From: Actinomycetota bacterium
Lineage (GTDB): Bacteria; Actinomycetota; Coriobacteriia; Anaerosomatales; D1FN1-002
Assembly: GCA_037445995.1 (NCBI GenBank)
Contig: JBBIJK010000004.1
Location: 30,451 to 94,450, forward strand
Length of the DNA stretch: 64,000 nucleotides
Direction: 5' to 3'
In this document: piece by piece, positions 8,415 through 17,503 of the stretch
Position numbering within the stretch: position 1 is the stretch's first letter
Layout of the letters: the number at the start of each line of letters is the position of its first letter
Program-made: the position numbers and the translations under genes
The notes under the pieces: model-generated
What the model was told of the DNA's origin: nothing
What the model saw: only the letters and a program-made list of their open reading frames with translations
Databases searched by the model: none

Positions 8415-9509
8415 ATGGACCTCAACACCGGCTTCCGCGACCCCGAGGTAGCCAAGCGCCTCATCGACTCGATCGCCGCGACCTCCAGGACGCCCGTGAA
8501 GATCATGGAGGTGTGCGGGACCCACACCGTCGCCATCGCCAAGAACGGGCTGCGCGAGGTGATGCCCGATAGCATCACGCTGCTGTCCGGGCCCGGTTGC
8601 CCCGTCTGCGTCACCGCCAACCGTGACATCGACACCGCCATCGAGTTCGGTCGCGTGCCCGGAGTGGTGCTCGCGACCTTCGGCGACATGATGAAGGTCC
8701 CGGGGTCCTACAGCTCACTCGCGCGCGAGAAGGCCGACGGCAGGGACATCCGCGTCGTCTACTCCCCCCTCGACGCGCTGCGGATCGCGGCCGACGAGCC
8801 TGACAAGCAGGTGGTGTTCCTAGGCGTGGGCTTCGAGACCACCGCGCCGACGATCGCCTCGGTCATCCGCCAGGCCAAGCTCCAGGAAGTCGGCAACTTC
8901 TCCGTCCATTCCGTCCACAAGACCGTCCCGGAGGCTCTTCGCGCGCTGGTCAACGATCCCGAGGTCAAGGTCAACGCTTTCATCCTCCCCGGTCACGTCT
9001 CCGTGATCATCGGCCTTGAGCCCTATCGATTCCTCGCAAGCGAGTTCGGCGTCCCTTCTGTCATCACCGGGTTCGAGCCGGTGGACATCCTCCAGGGCAT
9101 CCACATGATCGTGCAGCAGTTCGAGTCAGGGCGCGCGGAGGTGGAGATCGCCTACAAGCGGAGCGTCGCCCCCGAGGGCAACCCTGCGGCGCTGGCCATC
9201 CTCGAGCAGGTCTTCGAACCGGCCGACGCCGACTGGCGCGGCATCGGCGTCATACCCGGCACCGGGCTGGCGATCCGCGAGGAGTACGCGGACCTCGACG
9301 CCGCCAAGCGCTTCCAGATCGATCCTCCGGAGGTCAAGGAGATCGCCGGCTGCCAGTGCGGCGACGTGCTCCGGGGAGTGGTCCTTCCCTTCGAGTGCAG
9401 GCTGTTCGCCAAATCGTGCACGCCAGAGCACCCGATCGGGCCGTGCATGGTCTCCTCGGAGGGGTCCTGCGCAGCCTACTACCGCTTCACCGACTACGGG
9501 CGATCCTGA
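8415..9509 (+). CDS. hypD: Hydrogenase maturation factor HypD
   Basis: CGTHT and GPGCPVCV motifs and a C-terminal Cys cluster. ATG 8415 is chosen because the ORF-track start 8337 would overlap hypC. Confidence 0.93.
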   Translation: MDLNTGFRDPEVAKRLIDSIAATSRTPVKIMEVCGTHTVAIAKNGLREVMPDSITLLSGPGCPVCVTANRDIDTAIEFGRVPGVVLATFGDMMKVPGSYSSLAREKADGRDIRVVYSPLDALRIAADEPDKQVVFLGVGFETTAPTIASVIRQAKLQEVGNFSVHSVHKTVPEALRALVNDPEVKVNAFILPGHVSVIIGLEPYRFLASEFGVPSVITGFEPVDILQGIHMIVQQFESGRAEVEIAYKRSVAPEGNPAALAILEQVFEPADADWRGIGVIPGTGLAIREEYADLDAAKRFQIDPPEVKEIAGCQCGDVLRGVVLPFECRLFAKSCTPEHPIGPCMVSSEGSCAAYYRFTDYGRS

Positions 9510-9550
9510 CGGCCCCGACCAGTCCCGCCGGCTTGGGAAAAGGAGTCAAC

Positions 9551-10558
9551 GTGCAGGACCGCATCCTTCTTGCTCACGGAAGCGGCGGGACGATGATGCG
9601 CGAGCTCATCGAGGAGCTGTTCGTCGCCGAGTTCGGCGACGAGGCCCTGCGCCGCATGGACGACGCTGCGTCATTCGAGCTCCCCGCTGGAAGGGCCGCG
9701 ATGTCCACCGACACGTACGTCGTCAGCCCGCTTTTCTTCCCTGGCGCCGACATCGGCAGGCTGGCCGTCTGCGGGACGGTGAACGACATCGCCACCTCCG
9801 GCGCCACGCCGATGTTCCTCTCGGTCGGATTCGTACTTGAAGAGGGGCTGCCCGTCGAGGACCTGCGGCGGATCGTGGTGTCGATGCGCGAGGCGGCCAG
9901 CGAAGCGGGGGTCCGAATCGTCACGGGCGACACCAAGGTCGTCGACAAGGGCCACGGCGACGGCGTGTACATCAACACAGCCGGCTTGGGAGTGATCCCC
10001 GACGGCATCGATCTCTCAGGCTCATACGCCAAGCCCGGCGACAAGATCTTGCTCTCGGGTACCCTTGGCGACCACGGCATCGCGGTCGTCTCCACCCGCG
10101 AGGGGCTGTCCTTCTCCACCGACATCCTCTCCGACGCGGCCCCACTCTCGGCGATGGTGGCGGCCGTGCTCGACGCCGCCCCCGACGCACGCTGCTTCCG
10201 GGACCCCACCAGGGGCGGGCTGTCGTCGGCCCTGAACGAGATCGCGTCGGCGTCCGGCGTTTGCGTCGTGGTCGACGAGGCATCCGTCCCCGTCCGGGAC
10301 CAGGTCAGGGGCGCGTGCGAGATGCTAGGGTACGACGTGTTCCACGTGGCCAACGAAGGCAAGATGCTCGCGGTCGTACCCGCGGACGGAGCCGACGCGG
10401 CCCTTGGGGCGATGCGCGGAGCACCCTACGGCGAAGACGCCCAGATCATCGGCGAGGTCATCGAGGGGACGGGCGGCAGGGTCTATGTCGACACCGTCTT
10501 CGGCGCCCGACGGATCATGGACATGCTCGTCGGAGAGCAGCTGCCGCGCATCTGCTGA
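9551..10558 (+). CDS. hypE: Hydrogenase maturation carbamoyl dehydratase HypE
   Basis: PurM/AIR-synthase-like fold sequence and a C-terminal ...PRIC. GTG 9551 follows AAAGGAG; the ORF-track start 9356 lies inside hypD. Confidence 0.93.
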   Translation: MQDRILLAHGSGGTMMRELIEELFVAEFGDEALRRMDDAASFELPAGRAAMSTDTYVVSPLFFPGADIGRLAVCGTVNDIATSGATPMFLSVGFVLEEGLPVEDLRRIVVSMREAASEAGVRIVTGDTKVVDKGHGDGVYINTAGLGVIPDGIDLSGSYAKPGDKILLSGTLGDHGIAVVSTREGLSFSTDILSDAAPLSAMVAAVLDAAPDARCFRDPTRGGLSSALNEIASASGVCVVVDEASVPVRDQVRGACEMLGYDVFHVANEGKMLAVVPADGADAALGAMRGAPYGEDAQIIGEVIEGTGGRVYVDTVFGARRIMDMLVGEQLPRIC

Positions 10559-10600
10559 CGCGCGCCGCCCCGGGGGCCCACGCTGGGCTACACTCCGGGG

Positions 10601-11536
10601 ATGCCGGACCAGCCTGATACCGCGCGGATATCGACTCGCTCCGGCTTGGTGCGGATCGCCGCGGCGGCCACCGTATGGGGCTCGATACCGCTGTTCGTGC
10701 GCTGGGTGGACGCCTCCCCGCTGGTCATCGTGTTCTGGCGGCTGGTGTTCGAATGCGGCGCGCTGGCTGTCGTCATGGCCCTGAGGGGCACATCGCGCGA
10801 GTTCCTGACCCTCCCGGCTCGGACGCGGGCGGTGCTTGCCGGGATGGGGGCCCTGCTGGCCCTGAACTGGGTGCTGTTCTTCATCGGCCTGAAGCTCACC
10901 GACGTCGCCGTCGCGGTGCTGCTCGCCTACACCGGCCCCATCCTGGTCGCCGTCCTCGGACCGCTGATCCTGCGAGAGCCGCGAGACAGGCGGCTGGCGG
11001 CACCGCTCGCCCTGGCCGCGCTCGGGACCGCGCTGGTCGTCTCCCCCGGCGGACTGTCGCTCGATGCGCGGCACATCGCCGGTGCGGCGGCCGCCCTGGC
11101 GTCGGCGTTCACCTACGCGGCCCTCGTCCTGAACGCCAAACGCCTCATCCGCGGGATTTCCACCGACGTGTACATGCTGGCCGAGAGCCTCGCCGCCGCG
11201 CTGCTGCTCCTCCCGGCCGCACTGCTCCTTCCCAGCCCCGACTCCGCGCGCGAATGGGTCGGCCTGGCCACGCTCGGCATCGTGCACACCGCGCTGACGG
11301 GCATGCTGTTCCTGTCGGGACTGCGCGCGGTGAGGGCCGATCACGCCGCCGCGCTGACCTACGCCGAGCCGGCGGCGGCCGTGCTGTTCGCTGCGGCCTT
11401 CCTTGGCGAGCCGATCACGGTCACGTCGGCCGCCGGAGGGGTCGCCATCGTGTGCGCGGGCGTCGCGGTCGCCAGGCTGAGGCCCGTGGCAGCACCGGAG
11501 CAGATGCCGGCCGCAGGCCCCCCCTCCACCGCCTAA
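10601..11536 (+). CDS. EamA/DMT-family transporter
   Basis: 311 aa, about 10 TM helices in two EamA-like halves (WGSIPLFVR..., LFLSGLR...). Confidence 0.78.
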   Translation: MPDQPDTARISTRSGLVRIAAAATVWGSIPLFVRWVDASPLVIVFWRLVFECGALAVVMALRGTSREFLTLPARTRAVLAGMGALLALNWVLFFIGLKLTDVAVAVLLAYTGPILVAVLGPLILREPRDRRLAAPLALAALGTALVVSPGGLSLDARHIAGAAAALASAFTYAALVLNAKRLIRGISTDVYMLAESLAAALLLLPAALLLPSPDSAREWVGLATLGIVHTALTGMLFLSGLRAVRADHAAALTYAEPAAAVLFAAAFLGEPITVTSAAGGVAIVCAGVAVARLRPVAAPEQMPAAGPPSTA

Positions 11537-11631
11537 CTCCACCGCGACCAGACCCCTGCTCCAAGGGAAGGTCCCGCGCTGGCTGCCCGCGTCCGTTACT
11601 ATCGGGTGGAACTCACGACGGCGGAGGCTTG

Positions 11632-13275
11632 ATGGACTCTCTCGATCGCCTCATCGAAGCGGGAGCTGTCGAGCGCCTGCGGCAGCGGGACGCCTCACTG
11701 TTCGCCACGGACTACGACCGCCGCAAGAGGGTCATGCAGCGGCTCGGCTGGACGGACCTCGCCCACAAGGCCCCTTCGCGTTTCACGCTGCTGGACAACC
11801 TCGCGTCCCAGGTCGCCGCCGAGGGCTGCACGGACGTCGTCCTGGTCGGGATGGGCGGGTCGTCACTGGCGCCCATGGTCTTAGGGGAGGCCCTCGGGGG
11901 CCGGACGCCCGGCGCCCCGAGACTCCGCGTGCTGGACACAACCTGTCCCCGGACCGTCTTCGCGCTGCAGGAGGAGCTCGAGCGAGACACCACCTTCCTG
12001 GTCGTCTCGTCAAAGTCCGGGACCACAATCGAGCCGCTGTCCCTCTACGCCATACTGCGCGCCTGGCTGGAGGAGGGTATGGAGCGCCCCGACGCCGGCC
12101 GCCGCTGCATGGTCGTCACCGATCCCGGCAGCCCGTTGGAGGCCCTGCGGCTCCGGGAGGTGATGCGCCTCACTTTGCACGGGGTGCCCAGCGTGGGCGG
12201 CCGCTTCTCGGCACTGTCGATGTTCGGGCTGGCTCCCGCCGCGCTGGCCGGGGTCGACATCAGGGGCCTGGTAGAGAGAGCCCAGCGGATGGAGGTCGCG
12301 TGCGGCAGTCCGGCGGAGGCCAACCCGTCTGCGCTTCTCGCCGCCTGGCTTTCCGACCGATTCGATGAAGGTCGCGACAAGCTCACGCTGGTGTGTTCCG
12401 AGAGCCTCCGCTCGTTCGGGCTCTGGATCGAGCAGCTCATCGCCGAATCGACCGGCAAAGGGGGGGTGGGCGTCGTCCCGGTCCCCGAACTGCACACCGA
12501 GGACGCCCCGTCATACGGAGACGACCGCGCAGTCGCCATCGTCAGACTGGCAGCGGACACGCGACTGGCCGATTGGGCGGTTGTCACGGGGAAGCGGCAT
12601 CCAGTCTTCGAGATCGTCCTGGACGACCCGCTGGACATCGGCGGCGAGTTCGTCCGGTGGATGCACGCAACAGCCCTCCTCGGACACCTGCTTGGGATCG
12701 ACCCCTTCGACGAGCCCGACGTGGCCGCGGCGAAAGAGGCTACCGGGAGGATACTGTCGGGGTCCGCATCCGCGCCGCAGGCCAGCGACGACCTCGGCGG
12801 GGTATGGGCAACGTTCGCGGGCGGCCTGGAGCGCCCGGCTCAGGTGGACTCTCTCGAAACCGCGCTTGAGAGCCTGATCGGCTCGATGGCGCCGCGGGAC
12901 TACCTCGCGCTGCTCGCCTACCTGCCGGAGGACGAGTGGCTGTGCGGCCCGCTTCGAGCCGGACTCCACAGCGTCGGCTCCGCGACCAAGCGCGCAACCT
13001 GCCTCGAGATGGGTCCCCGCTACCTGCACTCCACCGGGCAGCTTCACAAGGGCGGCCCCAACACCGGAGCGTTCCTGATGGTGACCGCGCGGGACCGCAT
13101 CGATTCACTGGTCCCAGGGAGCCGCTACACACTGGGCGGCCTGTTCAGGGCGCAAGCCGAAGGCGACCTGCTGACGTTGGCCGCTGCGGGCCGCCGCGTG
13201 CTGAGACTGGACCTGCCAGAACCCACACTCGGCGCCGTCGACCGGTTGGCTGGCGCCCTTCACAACGCGCGCTGA
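11632..13275 (+). CDS. pgi: Glucose-6-phosphate isomerase
   Basis: SIS-domain signature VVSSKSGTTIEP plus conserved ...GPRYLHSTGQLHKGGP. ATG 11632 is preceded by GGAGG. The 866-aa ORF-track entry is an artefactual upstream extension overlapping the EamA gene. Confidence 0.8.
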   Translation: MDSLDRLIEAGAVERLRQRDASLFATDYDRRKRVMQRLGWTDLAHKAPSRFTLLDNLASQVAAEGCTDVVLVGMGGSSLAPMVLGEALGGRTPGAPRLRVLDTTCPRTVFALQEELERDTTFLVVSSKSGTTIEPLSLYAILRAWLEEGMERPDAGRRCMVVTDPGSPLEALRLREVMRLTLHGVPSVGGRFSALSMFGLAPAALAGVDIRGLVERAQRMEVACGSPAEANPSALLAAWLSDRFDEGRDKLTLVCSESLRSFGLWIEQLIAESTGKGGVGVVPVPELHTEDAPSYGDDRAVAIVRLAADTRLADWAVVTGKRHPVFEIVLDDPLDIGGEFVRWMHATALLGHLLGIDPFDEPDVAAAKEATGRILSGSASAPQASDDLGGVWATFAGGLERPAQVDSLETALESLIGSMAPRDYLALLAYLPEDEWLCGPLRAGLHSVGSATKRATCLEMGPRYLHSTGQLHKGGPNTGAFLMVTARDRIDSLVPGSRYTLGGLFRAQAEGDLLTLAAAGRRVLRLDLPEPTLGAVDRLAGALHNAR

Positions 13276-13292
13276 GCCTCAGCGGAAAGCAG

Positions 13293-13324
13293 AGGCGCCA
13301 GCCCGCGTATGCGGACCGGCGCCT
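13293..13324. terminator. Bidirectional hairpin between convergent pgi and the symporter gene
   Basis: AGGCGCC-agc-CCGC-gtat-GCGG-acc-GGCGCCT, i.e. 7 bp + 4 bp stems. There is no clear U-tract. Confidence 0.4.
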
Positions 13325-13344
13325 CACAGCGAACGCGGATCGTG

Positions 13345-15192
13345 CTACTTGCTCTTGAGCAGCCCGCCGACCTTGTCCAGACCGTGATCGCGCTCGTACC
13401 GCTCGTGGGCGGTGCCGTGGATGCGCATCCAGATCTCGTCGACGTTCTTGGGAAGCTGACCGTCGAGCTTGCTCACGACGATGATGGTGAGAAGCCCGAG
13501 CGGGAAGGTGAACAGCACGGGGAAGGTCAGAGACCCGAGGAAGCCGACGAGGCCTTCCTTGCCGACATGCCCGAGCTGCTGGAGGATGTTGAGCACGATG
13601 ACGCTGATGGAGCTCGTCAGGCCGACGACCATGCCTGCGATGGCGCCGCGCTCCGTCGCACCCTTCCACCAGATGCCCGCGAGCAGCATCGGCACGAAGG
13701 CCGACGCGCTGACGGAGAACGCCCACGTGACCATCATCGCGATCAGCGCCGGGTAGGCCTGGTCCAAACCGAGGTATGGGATGCCCAAGCCGATGAGGAG
13801 CGAGATCAGCGAGATGATGATGACAGACGTCTTGCCCACGAAGACCTTCTTGGCCTCGGAGGCGCCGGGGTTGATGTACTTCTCGTACACATCGTGTCCG
13901 ATGGACGCGGAGGCCGCGATGAGCAGTCCGCCGATGGTCGAGAACATGGCCGCGAAGGCGCCGGCAGCCACGACTCCCATCAGGAACTCGCCGCCAAGGA
14001 GCCTGCCCAAGGTGGGCATGACCGCGTCAGGCCTTATGAGCAGGCCGTTGACGTAGTCAGCCGTCGCGGGGGCGTTGCCCGCGGCCACAGCCGCCTTGAT
14101 GGCGTGGAGCCCGGCGATACCCGCGATCGGGGTCATGATGTAGAACGTGCCGATGAATACGAGGACCCAGAAGGTCGAGCGGCGAGCCGCCGACCCCGAG
14201 GGGTTCGTGTAGTACCTGTTGAGGATGTGCGGGAGTCCCGCCGTGCCAAGAACCAGCGCGAGGACCATGGAGAACTGGTCGAACGCGTTGTAGCGGTGAC
14301 CCGGCTCGTTGAGGAGCATCTCCCGAGTCTCGTGAAGCTTGTTCTTCGACGGCAGGGCGACGTTCACCTTGGCGGCAGGATCGCCGGCCGCTATGGCCGC
14401 CTCGACCTTCGCGAGATCCGCCGGGTCAGAATGCTCGGCCATGATCTTCCTGGCGCTGTCGATAGGCGCCTTACCGGTGGCGGGGTTGACCTTCGTCAGC
14501 TCGCCCACCGTCATCTTCTTGGTGTTGATGATGGGAGAGCCGCTGGCGCGCTTGAGGGCGTCCTGATAGTTGAAGCCGCCTCCGAACGCGAACGCCACGA
14601 CGAGGAACATCGCGAACCACAGCCACCAGAACTGGAATATCTGGTTGAGGGTGGTCCCCTTCATGCCGCCCATGGCGACGTAGAACATCATGACCACGGT
14701 GACGACGACGACACCCGAGTTGTAGGGGTCCATCCCGAAGATGCCTTGGCCCACCAGCACCCTCCAGGTGGTGCCAGATCCGAACATCTGCGGCGCCATG
14801 TAGAAGAAGCATGTGATCAGGACGCACAACACCGCCACGAGCCTGATGCGGTGGCTGCCGAACCGCCCGAACGCGAAGTCCGGGATGGTGTACTCACCGA
14901 AGCGGCGGAGCGCCGAGGCGATGAAGATGATGACGACCATGAAGCCGCCGGCGAATCCGGCGGCGAACCACACGCCGTCCAGCCCCGAGGCGTAGATCGC
15001 TCCGGCGACGCCGAGGAATGACGCCGCGGACAGGTAGTCGCCCGAAATCGCGGAGGCGTTGGCGAAGGAGCCGACCTTGCGGCCCGCCAGGTAGAAGTCC
15101 GCCGTGGTGCGGGTGAAGCGCCGCGAGAAGATCGAGAGCCCGATCGTGAAGGCCACGAGCACGACGACCAGGACGATGGCTAGAACGTTCAT
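13345..15192 (-). CDS. Sodium:solute symporter family transporter (ActP-like cation/monocarboxylate symporter)
   Basis: 615 aa, polytopic. N-terminus ...ADFYLAGRKVGSFANASAISGDYLSAASFLGVAG is typical of the SSS family. The start overlaps the stop of a DUF485-like gene. Confidence 0.87.
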   Translation of the reverse strand: MNVLAIVLVVVLVAFTIGLSIFSRRFTRTTADFYLAGRKVGSFANASAISGDYLSAASFLGVAGAIYASGLDGVWFAAGFAGGFMVVIIFIASALRRFGEYTIPDFAFGRFGSHRIRLVAVLCVLITCFFYMAPQMFGSGTTWRVLVGQGIFGMDPYNSGVVVVTVVMMFYVAMGGMKGTTLNQIFQFWWLWFAMFLVVAFAFGGGFNYQDALKRASGSPIINTKKMTVGELTKVNPATGKAPIDSARKIMAEHSDPADLAKVEAAIAAGDPAAKVNVALPSKNKLHETREMLLNEPGHRYNAFDQFSMVLALVLGTAGLPHILNRYYTNPSGSAARRSTFWVLVFIGTFYIMTPIAGIAGLHAIKAAVAAGNAPATADYVNGLLIRPDAVMPTLGRLLGGEFLMGVVAAGAFAAMFSTIGGLLIAASASIGHDVYEKYINPGASEAKKVFVGKTSVIIISLISLLIGLGIPYLGLDQAYPALIAMMVTWAFSVSASAFVPMLLAGIWWKGATERGAIAGMVVGLTSSISVIVLNILQQLGHVGKEGLVGFLGSLTFPVLFTFPLGLLTIIVVSKLDGQLPKNVDEIWMRIHGTAHERYERDHGLDKVGGLLKSK

Positions 15193-15572
15193 GCCTGCGC
15201 CCCCTCTCGCGCCGTGAGATCGGCCTCGGCCTTGTCGGCCATCTTGTTCAGGCGCTCGTCAAGACTGTCGGCCTGCTTGGAGTACATCCATGCCATGACC
15301 CACAGGAACACGTAGTACAGCAGGGAAACGACCATCCAGTTCGGGGTGAACCCCTTGCCCGTGCCCGCGTACCACCACTCGGATGTCACGGTGAGCGCGG
15401 GTATCGCGAGCGTCACGGCGAAGAACACGAAGCCGTACGCGAAGCTGAGCTTGCGCTGCTCGTGGAAGACCGCGTCGACCGTCTCGACCGTGTCGATGTG
15501 GTCGCCGTACTTGACGTACTTGACGCCGTTGATCGTGCCGCTCTCGTAATCCTGGCTCGTCATCCTGTGCAC
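15189..15572 (-). CDS. Small two-TM membrane protein, DUF485/YjcH-like partner of the symporter
   Basis: 127 aa with two hydrophobic helices and a C-terminal ...MYSKQADSLDERL resembling the DUF485 tail. 4-nt overlap with the symporter start; RBS AAGAGGAGGTG. Confidence 0.6.
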   Translation of the reverse strand: MHRMTSQDYESGTINGVKYVKYGDHIDTVETVDAVFHEQRKLSFAYGFVFFAVTLAIPALTVTSEWWYAGTGKGFTPNWMVVSLLYYVFLWVMAWMYSKQADSLDERLNKMADKAEADLTAREGAQA

Positions 15573-15660
15573 CTCCTCTTGCTGTGCCGGGGGCCGCCTG
15601 CCGGCCCGGTGTCTGTATCTTTCTTGTCGCTGCGTCTTTCAGTGTCCGGTCAGGCGGCCG

Positions 15661-16155
15661 CTAGTCGGCCTTGACGACCAGGACCGGGATGGGCGAGGCC
15701 TTCACGACGGCCTCGGCAACGCTGCCCAGCGCGATGCGCTTGAGGCCGGTGCGGCCGGTGTCGCCCATGACTATCATGTCGGCGCCCCACTCCTGCGCGG
15801 TGCCGACGATACGCTTTGCGACGCCGCCGAGGACGACCTCCGCCTCGCAATCGACGCCGTTGCGCTCGGCCATGGTCTTGGCGAGCACCAGGCCCTTGAT
15901 CGAGGGGTGGACGCCCTGGTAAAGGTCGTCGTCCATTACCTCCTCGGGAAGCTCCAGCTTCTCGAGTCCGGTGTCCACGAAGATGGCCTTGAGCTTGGCA
16001 CCGAACGTCTTCGCCATGATGACCGCGTGCTCGGTGGCGACGACGGACGGTTCCGACCCGTCGGTGGGCACGAGGATCTTCTCGACCTCGACGCACACCT
16101 CCTGGATGTCGCCGAGCCTCACCTCGTCGGCTGCACCCGTGATGCAGACCTTCAT
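15661..16155 (-). CDS. Universal stress protein (UspA family)
   Basis: ...ILVPTDGSE..., ...ADMIVMGDTGRTGLKRIALGSVAEAVV (ATP-binding G-2x-G-9x-G-S/T). ATG 16155 is preceded by GGGAGGTG. Confidence 0.8.
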   Translation of the reverse strand: MKVCITGAADEVRLGDIQEVCVEVEKILVPTDGSEPSVVATEHAVIMAKTFGAKLKAIFVDTGLEKLELPEEVMDDDLYQGVHPSIKGLVLAKTMAERNGVDCEAEVVLGGVAKRIVGTAQEWGADMIVMGDTGRTGLKRIALGSVAEAVVKASPIPVLVVKAD

Positions 16156-16330
16156 GCGATTCACCTCCCTGTCCGGTGTGGCGGGGCGGTGCACACGCCC
16201 CACGGAGTGCACGGTCTGCGCGCTTCTCCAAGAAGAATCCTCCGGCAGGGACCGGCCCGTGGGAACGCGGCCGCCGCGTACGGGGGCGCAACCTCGGTGA
16301 GAGGCGGCGGCGAGGGGGCGAACGGCGGGG

Positions 16331-16783
16331 CTAGAGGCGGTGGATACGGGCCCTGACCGTTCCGTCGGGCCCTATGTCCACCATCGCCACAGAGGGCGAT
16401 TCGCCGCGAGGGGCGACGGGCGAGCCGGGGTTCACGTAGAGAACGGCTCCGAGACGCACGACGCAGGCCTGGTGGGTATGTCCCGCGATGACGACAGCGT
16501 CGCTCATGGCGGCCAGGTTGTCGCCGCCGGGGGGAGAATGCGTGACGCTGAGCGAGACGCCGCCCGCGTCGACACGCCTGGAGTCAGGCAGGAAGGCCGT
16601 CTCTCCCTGATCGGTGTTGCCTCGCACCGCGACGACCGGTGCGATGGCCCCCACCTCTGTCAGGACATCCAAGCTGCCGACGTCGCCGGCGTGCACGATC
16701 AGGTCGACGCCGTCGAAGAGGCGCATCACCTCAGCCGGCAGCGGGTGCCCGTGCGTGTCCGATATGACGCCGATCCGGAACAC
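16331..16783 (-). CDS. YfcE/MJ0936-type metallophosphoesterase
   Basis: MFRIGVISDTHG..., ...HAGD..., ...GNTD..., ...GHTH... metal-ligand motifs. Confidence 0.8.
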   Translation of the reverse strand: MFRIGVISDTHGHPLPAEVMRLFDGVDLIVHAGDVGSLDVLTEVGAIAPVVAVRGNTDQGETAFLPDSRRVDAGGVSLSVTHSPPGGDNLAAMSDAVVIAGHTHQACVVRLGAVLYVNPGSPVAPRGESPSVAMVDIGPDGTVRARIHRL

Positions 16784-16795
16784 CGCCGCTCCGGC

Positions 16796-17503
16796 TCAGA
16801 TGCCCAGCGCGCGCTTGAGCGACGGAACGCGCCGGCGCGAGACCGGCACCTGGCTGGCGTCCTTGTCCTTGAGCGTGAGAAGGAGCGTGCCCCCGTACAT
16901 CGGCACCACCTCGCTGACGTGCGAGAGGTTGACAAGGAAGCGCCTGTGCACCCTGAAGAAGCCACGAGAGCCCAGACGCGTCTCCAGCTGAGCCAGGGAG
17001 GTGGTGGACAGATATCTCTCACCGTCCGTGTACAGGTAGGAGTAGTCGTCCTTTGCCATCACGTAGAAGATGTCCCCCACTTCAAGGAGCAGCTTCTTAC
17101 CCGCCTTCTCAACCGGTATCCGCTCGAAGCGCGCCGCGGGCTCGGAGGGGCCGACCCGCTCGATGGCCTGTCTGAGGCGGGGGATCTCGACGGGCTTGAC
17201 CAGGTAGTCCACCGCCGCGACCTCGAAGGCCTTCACGGCGTGCTCGCTGTGCGCGGTCACGAAGACCACGGAGGGCGGGTGCTCCATGTTCGCGATCAGT
17301 TCGGCGAACTGGACCCCGGACAGGCCGGGCATGTCGATATCTAGGAACACTACGTCGTAGGGGACCACCTTGATCAGCTGCAGGGCCTCCAGCGCGTCGG
17401 AAGCCTCACCCAGCACCTCCACGCCGCCGGCCTCGCCCAACAGGTACCGCAGCTCGGAACGCGCGGGCGCCTCGTCATCCACGATCAGTGCCTTCATCGG
17501 CAT
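16796..17503 (-). CDS. LytR/AlgR-family response regulator (REC + LytTR DNA-binding domain)
   Basis: REC domain (ALIVDDE...DVVFLDIDMPGLSG) and a C-terminal LytTR-like region (...FFRVHRRFLVNLSHV...). Confidence 0.9.
   Translation of the reverse strand: MPMKALIVDDEAPARSELRYLLGEAGGVEVLGEASDALEALQLIKVVPYDVVFLDIDMPGLSGVQFAELIANMEHPPSVVFVTAHSEHAVKAFEVAAVDYLVKPVEIPRLRQAIERVGPSEPAARFERIPVEKAGKKLLLEVGDIFYVMAKDDYSYLYTDGERYLSTTSLAQLETRLGSRGFFRVHRRFLVNLSHVSEVVPMYGGTLLLTLKDKDASQVPVSRRRVPSLKRALGI

Noticed and set aside
10675-13275. 866-aa ORF-track entry suggesting a giant protein overlapping the EamA gene
   Set aside because: The first ~319 codons are Arg/Gly/Pro-rich and overlap the EamA transporter in another frame. 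Recognisable PGI sequence starts at ATG 11632, which has a GGAGG RBS.
13309-15021. 570-aa plus-strand ORF rich in Asp/Glu/Arg/His, antisense to the symporter gene
   Set aside because: It is a shadow ORF typical of very GC-rich DNA. The composition is low-complexity and charged, with no motifs. The minus-strand frame encodes a clean polytopic SSS transporter.
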